Below, in pieces: positions 1-10,000 of a stretch of 64,000 nucleotides of DNA. Source of the stretch: an uncultured Pseudomonadales bacterium (GTDB lineage: Bacteria; Patescibacteriota; Microgenomatia; UBA1400; PJMF01); assembly GCA_964648715.1 (NCBI GenBank), contig CAZYNM010000006.1:15355-79354 (forward strand), in the 5' to 3' direction. The position numbers and the translations under genes are program-made. The notes beneath the pieces are model-generated. The model was given only the letters and a program-made list of their open reading frames with translations, did no database searches and was not told the origin of the DNA. How positions within the stretch are numbered: the stretch's first letter is position 1; each line of letters opens with the position of its first letter.

Positions 1-690
1 TGAAGCTGGCTCAATAAAAATACTTAACGTGAATGGAAGTGCTGAGGTAAGCAATCTGAAAAAGATATACGGACTCAAGTATGCTGGAATATCTGCTAGG
101 TAATAAAACCTGCGGAGCTTGTCACCGACTTCTAGATACTTACTTGATTCCTTGAGGTACTCACTTTTATATGATTTATAATCATCTTTCTCTATTAGAA
201 GACCTTGATTATCGTTTTTGACAGTGAAAACAAAATTTTCTTTCTCTTTATCGAGTACATCTCTCTCATACTTTTTTAATTCTCGTTTAAACTTGATGTA
301 GTTCTTAATAAATCCAATAGGGTTGGTGCTTCTTACAAATTCAGGTTCTTTAAGATGTACTAGCTCGCTGGATACAAAGGGTTTGTTCTGAATAACTTCT
401 GCCTGAGCCTCTATAACATCCATTAATCGTTTGATTTCTGCCTTGAGGACTTCCACCACGCTATCATCTACATCTGGATATATAGAAAGTAATTGTTTTT
501 CTAATTTTTCGATATTTTCATTTTTTGCTCGTAAAAGATCACTTTCTCTTTTTAATTTTAAGAGTTCTTCTGCTTGTAGGTCACGTTCATAGAGCAATCT
601 ATTTACTTGATCATTTAAGGTATAGGTCAAACTAAAGTTTTTTATATTTTGAACTGTCACGGCGATGGAGGATTTAAGTTTCTGTATCAT
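1..690 (-). CDS. Partial CDS running off the window start. Start codon at 688-690 overlaps the stop of the upstream gene (ATGA). N-terminal ~190 aa are coiled-coil-like, followed by a segment (YLSPYIFFRLLTSALPFTLSIFIEP) resembling the N-terminal region of Gram-positive VirB4/TrsE-type ATPases. Probable 5' part of a VirB4-like T4SS ATPase gene.
   Basis: Own translation of the minus strand 690->1. ORF continues to the window edge. Sits directly after the VirB6-like gene and the 269-aa membrane gene. Confidence 0.3.
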   Translation of the reverse strand, partial: MIQKLKSSIAVTVQNIKNFSLTYTLNDQVNRLLYERDLQAEELLKLKRESDLLRAKNENIEKLEKQLLSIYPDVDDSVVEVLKAEIKRLMDVIEAQAEVIQNKPFVSSELVHLKEPEFVRSTNPIGFIKNYIKFKRELKKYERDVLDKEKENFVFTVKNDNQGLLIEKDDYKSYKSEYLKESSKYLEVGDKLRRFYYLADIPAYLSPYIFFRLLTSALPFTLSIFIEPAS

Positions 691-1496
691 CTGAGTGTCT
701 CCCTGGCAAAAATAACTAACTCTTCGTTGGATAGTGGTTTAATTGAGACATTGCAAAATGACAATCCAGATGCAAAGCGGAGCGCAAGATCATTCAGTTT
801 TTTCAATGCTTCCATCTTAGAGTGTGGATTATGTGTCTGGCACTGCACTGATAGCACAGCATAATGTCGGGTCATCATGAAATTATTTGATGTAATCACA
901 GTATTAAGCTCATTGGTGTACTGTTTAATGAGTGATTCACGTTTCTTGTCTGAGTTTTTATACAGAGAAAATATGTGCTTTGAAAAATCTGTTGTCTTGG
1001 CTTTTTCTTTTTTAACTATGAACTGTATTTGGGTGGGTAAGATATGAATTGTTTGTTTGAGCTTAACAAAAAAGTGTTCTCTATCTTGGTCATTGAGAAG
1101 TGCAATATCATGTGGCTCTATCTCATAAATTCGTGTCACGCTATTTTTACGAATAATGTGATTATCTTGTACTGAAAAATCTATGAAGTAGTTTTCCAGG
1201 TCAGTGTATCGTTTCTCCTTCTTGCTACTTTTGAAGGTAAAAGCTCTCGGTACTATCTTGTAGATAGGTTGGTTATCTATTTTTTGTGTAATAAATGAGA
1301 TAAAAAAGATTATGCCAACAAATAAAGCTGATAGGTAGTAACCCCAATTAAAAAAGTGTAGGCCATAAGTAAATACAGCATACAGTGCTAGAGCTATGAT
1401 GATGCTACCTGTCACCACAAGAACTGTGTCTGTAAAAAACAGACTTCTTAAAATGTGGGTTCTGATGTCGTCTTTATATATTCTTACGCTTTTCAT
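687..1496 (-). CDS. T4SS-associated membrane protein: two N-terminal TM helices followed by a soluble domain. Its position corresponds to VirB3/VirB8-like components.
   Basis: Hydrophobic segment at residues ~25-70. Translationally coupled to the downstream gene (overlapping ATGA). Embedded in the T4SS operon. Confidence 0.4.
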   Translation of the reverse strand: MKSVRIYKDDIRTHILRSLFFTDTVLVVTGSIIIALALYAVFTYGLHFFNWGYYLSALFVGIIFFISFITQKIDNQPIYKIVPRAFTFKSSKKEKRYTDLENYFIDFSVQDNHIIRKNSVTRIYEIEPHDIALLNDQDREHFFVKLKQTIHILPTQIQFIVKKEKAKTTDFSKHIFSLYKNSDKKRESLIKQYTNELNTVITSNNFMMTRHYAVLSVQCQTHNPHSKMEALKKLNDLALRFASGLSFCNVSIKPLSNEELVIFARETLR

Positions 1497-3249
1497 AGTT
1501 TTTATGTGAGTACATACGAATTATTGACTCACTGCCATTCTTAGCCTGGCGTTCTGCAATAACACCTTTAATACCATAGGCTTCATTTCTGGATTGTGAT
1601 AACTCAAGGAAGTTTTTAATCTTGAGTGGTGGACTCGATTTGTTGACGTATGCAAAATCAATTTCTTTACCTTCCTTTTGAGCTTTTTGCATTGCGTTAA
1701 ATGTGTGTGGGTTTGGATTAGTCTTATGAAAGGTGGAAAGATCAATGAAAGGTGCTTTTTCTAGGTTTACATGTTGCAACTTATCTTCAGGAATACCGTC
1801 TTGAACTCCCTCAGTCATTGTTGGGTAGTAGGTGGTTAATCCTGTGCGATTGTCTTCATATTTGTATGCACCGCCAGAGACAGACACGATTCCTTGTTTA
1901 GCGTTCTCGAGAGTTACACCAAAACCCTTGTTTGATAAGTTGGTAGCAAACTCAGAGTCAGGTTTTTTATTTCTAGCTGTATATATAGTAGATTCTTTAA
2001 CAGGCCTCATGTCTGGTAACTGGTCGAGAATGTCTGTTGATTTACTATCCTTTGCAGATGCAAAAAGATTTCTTGTCTTATTTCCCAAAGTTGCACTTAA
2101 ACTTTTACCAAATGCTGCATTCTTGAAGTCTTTGAAACTTGAGCTGATGGGTGTGCCAACTGCTCGAGATGATACTGCTGCAATCATATTGCCAGACATA
2201 GCCGTCCAGACATCACCAAATATCTTGGCTACCAACATATTTACACCACCAAGGAAGAACAAGAAGCCTGTATAGAAAAAAAGTAAGCCAACACTCGGGC
2301 CTTGAGCTTGTAGGATGCTAGCGAAAATATCAGTAGAGATTGCGAAACCAAGGGCAAAAGCTGGTTGTTGAATTAAGAATGTAAACCAGGTTTTAAAGTA
2401 TGTCTGTACGATGGTCTGGGTTCGTTCAGTCAATGCAAAGGGTATGACAATTGGGTAGATTACTCCTAAGAACAGCAAGGTTGCAAAGCGTATTACAAAT
2501 TGATATCCCAGGTATAAGAATCCACACAAGAGAAATAAGAAAGTGATTGCAAATAAGAATATCTGGACGATGAACTTACCGAGTGATCGGAAGATACCAC
2601 CTTGTAAGGCTACCTCAAAGGATGGAATACCAAATTTTTCTGAGTTTTCATTATTTGCGATAGCTTCCTGAGATTTATCAAAATAATCATTGAGAAAGCC
2701 AGTAAACTTCTGTGTTTCGGATATCTGCTTCACTAGTAGATTATTGAACTGAATAGTATAGGAAAGAACTGTTGGTACAGTGATAAATAAGGCTATGACA
2801 ACAATAAAACGAATGGCAAACGATTTAAGTTCATATGTATTGTCACTACCAATTTTTGTTACTGCAAAAACTGCTATAACGATGGCTAAGATTGGAATAG
2901 CTATCTGGTGAAATACGTTTCTATACTTTGTAACACCAGGTATGGTCGAGTCATCTTTTAATTTGATACTGTCAGCAAATGGGTCAGGTGTGTAGAAGAT
3001 AAAACCGCCAAGGAGTGAGTCAAAACCTTCAATAAAGCTTTTTAGTAGGATGATGATGGAAGATGGCTCATTATGTACTGAGAATTCATTACTATATTGA
3101 ACTTGAGGTGGAGGCGTGGGGGTAGGTGCTTCTTCTGCTAAAGCTATATGTGGGACAAATAAAAATGTAACGATGCTTATGAGCATCACAACGATTGTTT
3201 TCATAAAATCGCAGGAAACAATCGGTTGCCTTGATTTAGTTTGTGCCAC
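1474..3249 (-). CDS. VirB6/TrbL-like polytopic inner-membrane T4SS protein with signal peptide and Pro-rich N-terminus.
   Basis: Cleavable-looking signal (MKTIVVMLISIVTFLFVPHIALA), PTPTPPP linker, more than 6 predicted TM helices, 591 aa. Lies between the pilin-like gene and the VirB4-like gene. Confidence 0.55.
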   Translation of the reverse strand: MAQTKSRQPIVSCDFMKTIVVMLISIVTFLFVPHIALAEEAPTPTPPPQVQYSNEFSVHNEPSSIIILLKSFIEGFDSLLGGFIFYTPDPFADSIKLKDDSTIPGVTKYRNVFHQIAIPILAIVIAVFAVTKIGSDNTYELKSFAIRFIVVIALFITVPTVLSYTIQFNNLLVKQISETQKFTGFLNDYFDKSQEAIANNENSEKFGIPSFEVALQGGIFRSLGKFIVQIFLFAITFLFLLCGFLYLGYQFVIRFATLLFLGVIYPIVIPFALTERTQTIVQTYFKTWFTFLIQQPAFALGFAISTDIFASILQAQGPSVGLLFFYTGFLFFLGGVNMLVAKIFGDVWTAMSGNMIAAVSSRAVGTPISSSFKDFKNAAFGKSLSATLGNKTRNLFASAKDSKSTDILDQLPDMRPVKESTIYTARNKKPDSEFATNLSNKGFGVTLENAKQGIVSVSGGAYKYEDNRTGLTTYYPTMTEGVQDGIPEDKLQHVNLEKAPFIDLSTFHKTNPNPHTFNAMQKAQKEGKEIDFAYVNKSSPPLKIKNFLELSQSRNEAYGIKGVIAERQAKNGSESIIRMYSHKNYEKRKNI

Positions 3250-3520
3250 CTACGAATTGTTTTAATACACTGGCAATAGTTGCCGCTCCGAAAACTAAAA
3301 GACCACCGATCAAAATATTAAAAATCCAACCTTTAAGTCTTGATTTTCTTTCAGTATCATCACCGCTAGCGATAAGAGCGATACCAAGAGCTGCGATTGA
3401 AAGAGCCATTACTGGAAGAGAAAAATATTGCAGGGTTTTAACGATACCCCATAGCAGAGAATCTAAATTTGCAAACTGAATTGGTTGTGCACTGTCATAC
3501 CCTGGTATCTGTGTGTCCAT
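3236..3520 (-). CDS. Small two-TM VirB2/TrbC-like T4SS pilin-type protein.
   Basis: 94 aa with two hydrophobic helices separated by a short charged loop (GDDTERKSRLKG). First gene of the T4SS operon. Confidence 0.45.
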   Translation of the reverse strand: MDTQIPGYDSAQPIQFANLDSLLWGIVKTLQYFSLPVMALSIAALGIALIASGDDTERKSRLKGWIFNILIGGLLVFGAATIASVLKQFVGGTN

Positions 3521-3679
3521 ATTTATCTTTATGTACTAGTGGGCAGAACTTATAATATTAACTCTCGAAATTTATAAGAATTCTAATGAAGAAAACCCGA
3601 AAAGTCAATAGCATGTAGGAGAAATAAGCCCATTTACGGTTAGAAAATAGGCTTTAAATCTATAAGTAAGATCAGCATC

Positions 3680-4060
3680 TTAGTCAACAATATGTTGTTT
3701 TACTTTTTCCAATAACTGGTCAGGCGTTATATCCACTTTCACTATATACGATGACGCGCCCAGTCGCATCATGTCTTTGATGGTATTATCATTTACTAAA
3801 TTTGTTAGAAGCACAATTGGTGTTTTATTGAGCAACTTATGATCTTTAGATAAAGTAGTCATAACTTCATGACCGTCCATTTCAGGCATCATAATATCAA
3901 GAAGAATAAGATCATAACGACCAGCTTCGATTTTTTGTAAAGCATCTTTGCCGTTTGTGGCACAATCTACAACATACCCAGCATCAAGGAGTGTGGATTG
4001 ATACACTTCTCTAATTTCTTTCTCATCCTCTACAAGCAACAATATTTTTTTATTTTCCAT
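3680..4060 (-). CDS. Stand-alone response-regulator receiver (CheY-like) domain protein.
   Basis: KILLLVEDE...DLILLDIMMPEMDG...PIVLLT receiver motifs with conserved Asp pocket. 126 aa, no output domain. Confidence 0.85.
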   Translation of the reverse strand: MENKKILLLVEDEKEIREVYQSTLLDAGYVVDCATNGKDALQKIEAGRYDLILLDIMMPEMDGHEVMTTLSKDHKLLNKTPIVLLTNLVNDNTIKDMMRLGASSYIVKVDITPDQLLEKVKQHIVD

Positions 4061-4093
4061 AGTAAATGTTAAAAAAATAATTAACTAATAATG

Positions 4094-6997
4094 CTATTCA
4101 TATCGCAATGCATCCAAAGCCGATATCTTGGTGGCTCTTTTGGCAGGATAAATACCCGTTAAAAGTCCAACAATAACAGATATAGCTAAAATAAGAATAA
4201 CAAAGGTATATGGTATGAAGGTAATATCTAAAAAGCCGTAGCCTTTTGACAACGCATACGTAGAAAGGATAAACGAGGTCGCTTTGCCAGCAGCATAGCC
4301 AACAAATAAGCCACCAACACCACCCATGAAGCCCATGGTCATAGATTCAGTAAGGTAAAGATTTTCTACTTCTTGTGCTTTCATACCAATAGCTTTCATC
4401 ATGCCTACCTCATGTGTACGCTCAAGAAGTGAAACAGTCAAGGTATTTAGCATACCAAGTGCTGCAACTGCAAGAGCAACAACGCCCAAGACACCGAGTA
4501 AAAAGCGGAGAGTCGCAAATAGATTCTCGATTTGTGAGACAGTATCTACTACTGAGGTTGTTTTAAACCCTTGTAACTCAATCTGTTTTCTTGTTTGTGG
4601 TAATACCGACTGATCATTTACAACAATTTTTGCTTGTGAATAGGTTGAGATCCCCATTTGTTTAATATCGCGAAGCGGGACATATAGAATAGGTGTCTTT
4701 GTATCGGGAGTGACCCCAACGATTGTATATTCAATCGGCACTGATTCAATTTTCTTACCATCAGCAAGTAAATCTCCAGTGGCAATAAATGATATTTTAA
4801 ACTTTTTACCAACTCCTGCACTCTCTGCAATACCAAGCACTCTAAGCAAGGATTTATTGACAACAGCTTCACGAGTGATTGTATCTGGTAACTCAATCTT
4901 ACGTGTTGAACCCGTTGCAGATACACTACTTGAACCGTCAATGCTAGTAATATCTATAAATCCGGAGTCAGAGGTCTTTTGGCTTGCAGCAGCAGTTGCG
5001 ACATCTTCAGCGGTTAGTTCATTAGATATGGTAGCCTGTGCAAGTGTAGTAGAAACACCGAGTACCGATCCAGACCCATAGACTTCAGCCAAATTTATTG
5101 TTCGATCAACTTTCATATTCAATTCAGCAAAATATCCCTCTTCAGTTATTTGTTTACCATTACTATCTTTCTTCTCTTTGTATACCATTTTTCCCGACTC
5201 ATCGGTGGTGCGCTCCCAGAGAAGCACTTTACTTTGTAGCCACAAACCAAGTTCTTTGTTATCCGAAGTTTTACCTGCTGAACCAGCTTTATCATCAGGA
5301 TACGAATCTCCCCAATACTCCACTGCATCACTGACCCCTTCAACTCTTCTGGTATATCCAAGAACTTCTCCATTAACGGATGGTTTTGTACGTATACGAA
5401 CATACTCTTCGGGGTCAATAGTGTAGGTGACTTTACCAATTTCATCACCAGCAACGGCTGTTTTAAACTCACGCTGTGTAGAAACTCCAGCTACCATACC
5501 CCGATGTGTTGTGTCTGCATCAGTGATAGGAATGCCCAACTCATTACTAGAAAATATTTTCCCTTCGGCAGGTCGAATTGCTGATTCCAATAAATAATCA
5601 GCCATAACCCCGTACACAGCGACATCACTATTTGAGTTTTGGAAACTTATTTTCCCGACCACACCAACAACAGGTAGCACCTTTGATACACCGGAAATGT
5701 TGCTAAATGAAGCAACTGCTTCATCATTGAGTCTGATATTTGTTGCAACAGCGGGTGAGGCATCTATTTGTCTCATCTCTTCAAGACGTGCAACTCGAGA
5801 AATTACCAATTTTTCAAGACCATAGCCAATCGAAATTAAAAACACTATGGCTGCAACACCGATTGTCATACCGCCTACGGTTATAATGGTACGTGTTTTT
5901 TTCGCAAACATGTTCTTGAGTGATAAATCGATTAAGTCAACTCGTGAGATCGTTTTCTTATCTCGTGTTTCTAGCACTCTAATTAATTTGAAATAAAAGC
6001 TATCAACCACAGGCAAAAATTTTCGCTTTACCACATTCGGTACAAATTTTAATTTAAGTACTCCATCGCTTAATTTCTTGCCTAAATAAACAATCAGTAA
6101 TGATAAGAATCGAACTATCTGCCCAATGTTACTTAGTAAAAATGGTAAAGTTTTGCGAAGTCTAAATATATTGAGGAAAGAGAATAACCAATGAACCCGT
6201 GAAGTACGTTTTTCTTTCTTTTGTAAGCGCGTACCTGCAATACTCATTTCTTGTTTTAAAACAATTCGTTCAAGGAGTAATTGTTTTAATTCTGAAGCCG
6301 ATTTTCCAGCTGTTTCAATATTGCGAACAATGCGTCCATTAAACATTTGGATAATGCTTTTGGCATAATCCACATTGTCAATGTTATGGGTTACCATGAT
6401 GATGGTAGTACCTTTTTCATTCAATTTTCTGAAAAGCTCCATGAGCTCGATACCGCTTTGATAATCTAGATTACCCGTCGGCTCATCAGCAATAATTACT
6501 TTAGGATCAGTGACTAGCGCACGTGCCAAGGCTACTTTTTGCTGCTGACCTGAAGAAAGTTCTGTCGGGAAGTAATCTGCCCAATCGCTTAATCCAACAA
6601 TATGCAGGCAGTCATGCGCTTTAAGTATCGCTTTTTGTTTCTCAACACCCAGTAGTGATAGGGCAAATGCAACATTTTCAACAACGGTGAGCGATTTAAT
6701 CCAGTTCGGTTGCTGGTAAATCATACCTATATTTTTTTTACGAAACTCAGACCTGTCGTCTTCGCTATACACATACAAATTCCAATCAAAAAAACGAGCA
6801 TTACCACTAGTTGGTGCTTCCAACCCTAATATGACATGAAGCATAGTTGACTTACCACAACCAGAGGGACCAAAAACGATTGCAAAATCGCCATCATTAA
6901 TCTCAAGATCAACACCATGCAACACTACAACATCCTGATTTTTAACCTCAAAGGCTTTAACAATTTTTTGCAGTGTAATAATAACTCTTGGTTTCAT
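4094..6997 (-). CDS. MacB-type ABC transporter with ATPase fused to FtsX-like permease and a large extracytoplasmic domain.
   Basis: Walker A GPSGCGKST, signature LSGGQQQKVALARAL, Walker B IIADEPTGNLD at the N-terminus. C-terminal four-TM FtsX-type permease. Confidence 0.85.
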   Translation of the reverse strand: MKPRVIITLQKIVKAFEVKNQDVVVLHGVDLEINDGDFAIVFGPSGCGKSTMLHVILGLEAPTSGNARFFDWNLYVYSEDDRSEFRKKNIGMIYQQPNWIKSLTVVENVAFALSLLGVEKQKAILKAHDCLHIVGLSDWADYFPTELSSGQQQKVALARALVTDPKVIIADEPTGNLDYQSGIELMELFRKLNEKGTTIIMVTHNIDNVDYAKSIIQMFNGRIVRNIETAGKSASELKQLLLERIVLKQEMSIAGTRLQKKEKRTSRVHWLFSFLNIFRLRKTLPFLLSNIGQIVRFLSLLIVYLGKKLSDGVLKLKFVPNVVKRKFLPVVDSFYFKLIRVLETRDKKTISRVDLIDLSLKNMFAKKTRTIITVGGMTIGVAAIVFLISIGYGLEKLVISRVARLEEMRQIDASPAVATNIRLNDEAVASFSNISGVSKVLPVVGVVGKISFQNSNSDVAVYGVMADYLLESAIRPAEGKIFSSNELGIPITDADTTHRGMVAGVSTQREFKTAVAGDEIGKVTYTIDPEEYVRIRTKPSVNGEVLGYTRRVEGVSDAVEYWGDSYPDDKAGSAGKTSDNKELGLWLQSKVLLWERTTDESGKMVYKEKKDSNGKQITEEGYFAELNMKVDRTINLAEVYGSGSVLGVSTTLAQATISNELTAEDVATAAASQKTSDSGFIDITSIDGSSSVSATGSTRKIELPDTITREAVVNKSLLRVLGIAESAGVGKKFKISFIATGDLLADGKKIESVPIEYTIVGVTPDTKTPILYVPLRDIKQMGISTYSQAKIVVNDQSVLPQTRKQIELQGFKTTSVVDTVSQIENLFATLRFLLGVLGVVALAVAALGMLNTLTVSLLERTHEVGMMKAIGMKAQEVENLYLTESMTMGFMGGVGGLFVGYAAGKATSFILSTYALSKGYGFLDITFIPYTFVILILAISVIVGLLTGIYPAKRATKISALDALRYE

Positions 6998-7015
6998 TGT
7001 TGTATTAATATAAGG

Positions 7016-10000
7016 TTACTTTAAAATATCCAAAAATCCAAATATATCCGATAAATTACCAACAACCAAATCAAGTGCAGATTCAGTTGATTTTGGTGCA
7101 ATAGTAACGGTATCAATAGACTTACCTGAATTGCCTGCTTTGTCTTTTGAAAGAACTCGCAAGTGGTAGACCTTTGATGGTGTTAGGTCGGAAATTATAA
7201 CCAAATGATTCAAGGTCAAGTTGGTATCTTCTTGTGTTTTTTGAGGATAGTTTTCCCCCGTACCTTCGCCAAACTCAATCTGGGAACTGGCAGGCTCATC
7301 GGTATCCCAAGATACGATCAGTTGTGCACGGGCTTCTTGACCTGCACCAGATACAGGAGGGACTGTCGTTCCTTCAATCTTGAGATTAGATATCTGTGGA
7401 GGCCTGGTGTCTGTAGCCGTAGTAAATTTTTGGCTGTCTGATGAAGCTTCATTACCAATGGCATCTCGACCCTTAACAATCATCAAATAATCGGTTTCTG
7501 AACGTAGTCCTTTCACCAGTAATTTATGTTCACCTTTAACAAGCGCAATATTTACCTCATCACGGGCTGCACTCGTCTCACCTTGAGGATAATAGGTAAT
7601 GATAGAGGAAATCTCGGTATTAGACTGCCAAGTAACTAGTACGGTTGGTTGTGCAGTACCTCGGACTTCTTGGACACGAACATTAGAAATTTTTGGTCTT
7701 GGATAGGTTGTGAAATCAAGAATTGTACCTTCGTACTCTGAATTCTCACTATCGAAAGCATTAATTTTATAAAAATATTTAGTGCCGTCTTCAAGCCCTG
7801 TAAGCTCCATGGTATAGGTAGTTTCGCTGGTTGATGTAGCAATTTCTTTGACACCACCAAAACCGGTGGTTTTACCATAGTAAATCTTTACTTTGCTTGC
7901 ACCTTTGGAAGTGAGTTGAATGATTGCATTACTCAAACCAATATTTTTGGCAGCTACATCTTGCACCGTTGGGGAAGGACTTGTTTTGAATGTTTTTTCT
8001 TCACTTTGTCCCGTATTACCGTCTTCATCTGTCCACTTTGCACGATAATAATAGGTGGTACCCGGAGTAAGATTAGTTAAATTAATCGTATGATCCTTGG
8101 TTTGTGCTGAGTTTGATGGTTCTTCATCAAAATATGAACCAGATTTTGTACCATAGGCGATCTTGCTGTCAGAGTTCCTATCTGTCACCCAAGTGATTTT
8201 GGACTTTTTAGTAGTAATATCTGTTGCTGTTGGACCAGAAGATAATCCTGCGGCTTCAAAATACTTGCCTGTTGGCAAACCTGACACAGTGGATGACACG
8301 GCAGAACAGTTATTAGCACTATCACAAGCCTTTACACAATAATAATAATTCTGCTCGGAAAGACTCGTATCCGAATAGGATGTACCTGCAGTAGATCCTA
8401 TCTGTGTAAATGAAGAAGGCGAACCTGAACAACTTGCATTACTGGTTGATCTAAGTACTTTATAAGAACTAATACCAGCACCAATACTTTCTGGAGCATC
8501 CCATGAAATAGCCAGTTTCCAGTTTGAAGTCGCTTTGATTGAAATATCTGCCACATCTACATTGCGAGGAATACCAGGTGCAGAACCAGTATAGGCAAAA
8601 GTCACACTAGTATAAGTATCATAGTTTATATTTCCCGCTTCATCTTTTGCAACTAAATACAGGGTGTTTGTGCCGGGTTGAGTGGCAAACGCATCTTCTG
8701 CCAATGTATTGGCACCTGCTGCTGTATAGGTACAATTTGCAAGAGTAGGTACTGTGTTGATGGTATAACAGAAGCGTATGTTTCCTGCTTGGCCTGTAAA
8801 TGCTGAAGGATCATCCCAGCTAAAAGCATACGCATTGGTAGTACCATTCTCAGGCGTTACAACGAGATTGCGTGGTGCAGAAGGGGCAGTAGTATTGATT
8901 TTTAACGCATTTGAAACATAGGTATTTGATACATTGCCTGCAGCATCCCAGGTACGCAAATATACTAAGTTTGTACCCTCTGCGATGGCTGCATAGTCGG
9001 GTGTTTCCTGTGTAGCGTATGAACCATCATTCGTCAAAAGATCAGCTACGTCTTGTGTCCCTGTATGACTATCTCCGTACCAGGTACCACTTGTGCCGAT
9101 ACGATATTGCAAGCCTGCAACACCAGAATGGCTATCGCTTGGGCCATCACTGCCAGAGGATGGCCATAAAAAGGTCGTGCTTTCTGTAGCTATATAATCA
9201 CTTGGTACTGATAAAAAGGCAGGGTTAGCGGGGGCAGTATTATCAAATCTAAAATGGAAACTTGCGCTAGAACCTGCATATACATTTCCTGCACCATCTA
9301 TGGCTTTAACATTCAAATAATATGCATCATTGCTGGAAGTAAGCCACGGACTACCACGATATGAAAGTGTAGCAAAGTCTATAGAATTGGTACTTACAAT
9401 GAATTGACAGGTCGTACCAGTAGTTGAAACAGGAGAAGTGCCCAGTAGTCCCTTCGCAGTAGCAGGGTTCCCACTTTCGTCACTGCCCAAATACAAACAA
9501 TAACCAGAGATGCCAGAACCACCTACGTTATCCGCTCCTGCATCCCAAGAAAAATATGGTGCACTGCCATTTGTCCAACCATTGCTACTCATGCTTGCTC
9601 CACCTACTGTTTTTTTCATTATCACATTTGATGCATTGGTTGTTGGTGCAGTAGTATCAGTCGTGAGTCCAATTGCAATGCTCGTTATCGCAGGTAGATC
9701 CGTCCCACCAAATGCCATAATAGCCTTGACTGATATTTTTTGTGAGACGACTGGTAATGCCTGCATGGCTGTAGGAGTAAGCTCGGCTGCTGTGTTTACA
9801 TGCGTCGTGGTATTTGAGGCGGTTGCCCAAGCAGAGCCATCCCAATATTTCCATGCATTGCCACTTTGACAAGTTGCTCCATCATCTGTACAAATTTGAT
9901 ATTTCACCGAAGCATTCCCGCTGGCTGTGACATTGGCGGTAAAAGAATCCCAACTATTGACCTGACTATTACTATAGGCAGAAGTAGTATAGACGCTATA

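Noticed and set aside
649-864. 71-aa plus-strand ORF at the junction of the VirB4-like and 269-aa genes.
   Set aside because: It overlaps two minus-strand genes that are translationally coupled. Spurious.
4401-5472. Several 70-123-aa ORFs on both strands inside the MacB-like gene.
   Set aside because: They are nested in or antisense to a well-supported long CDS. No motifs.
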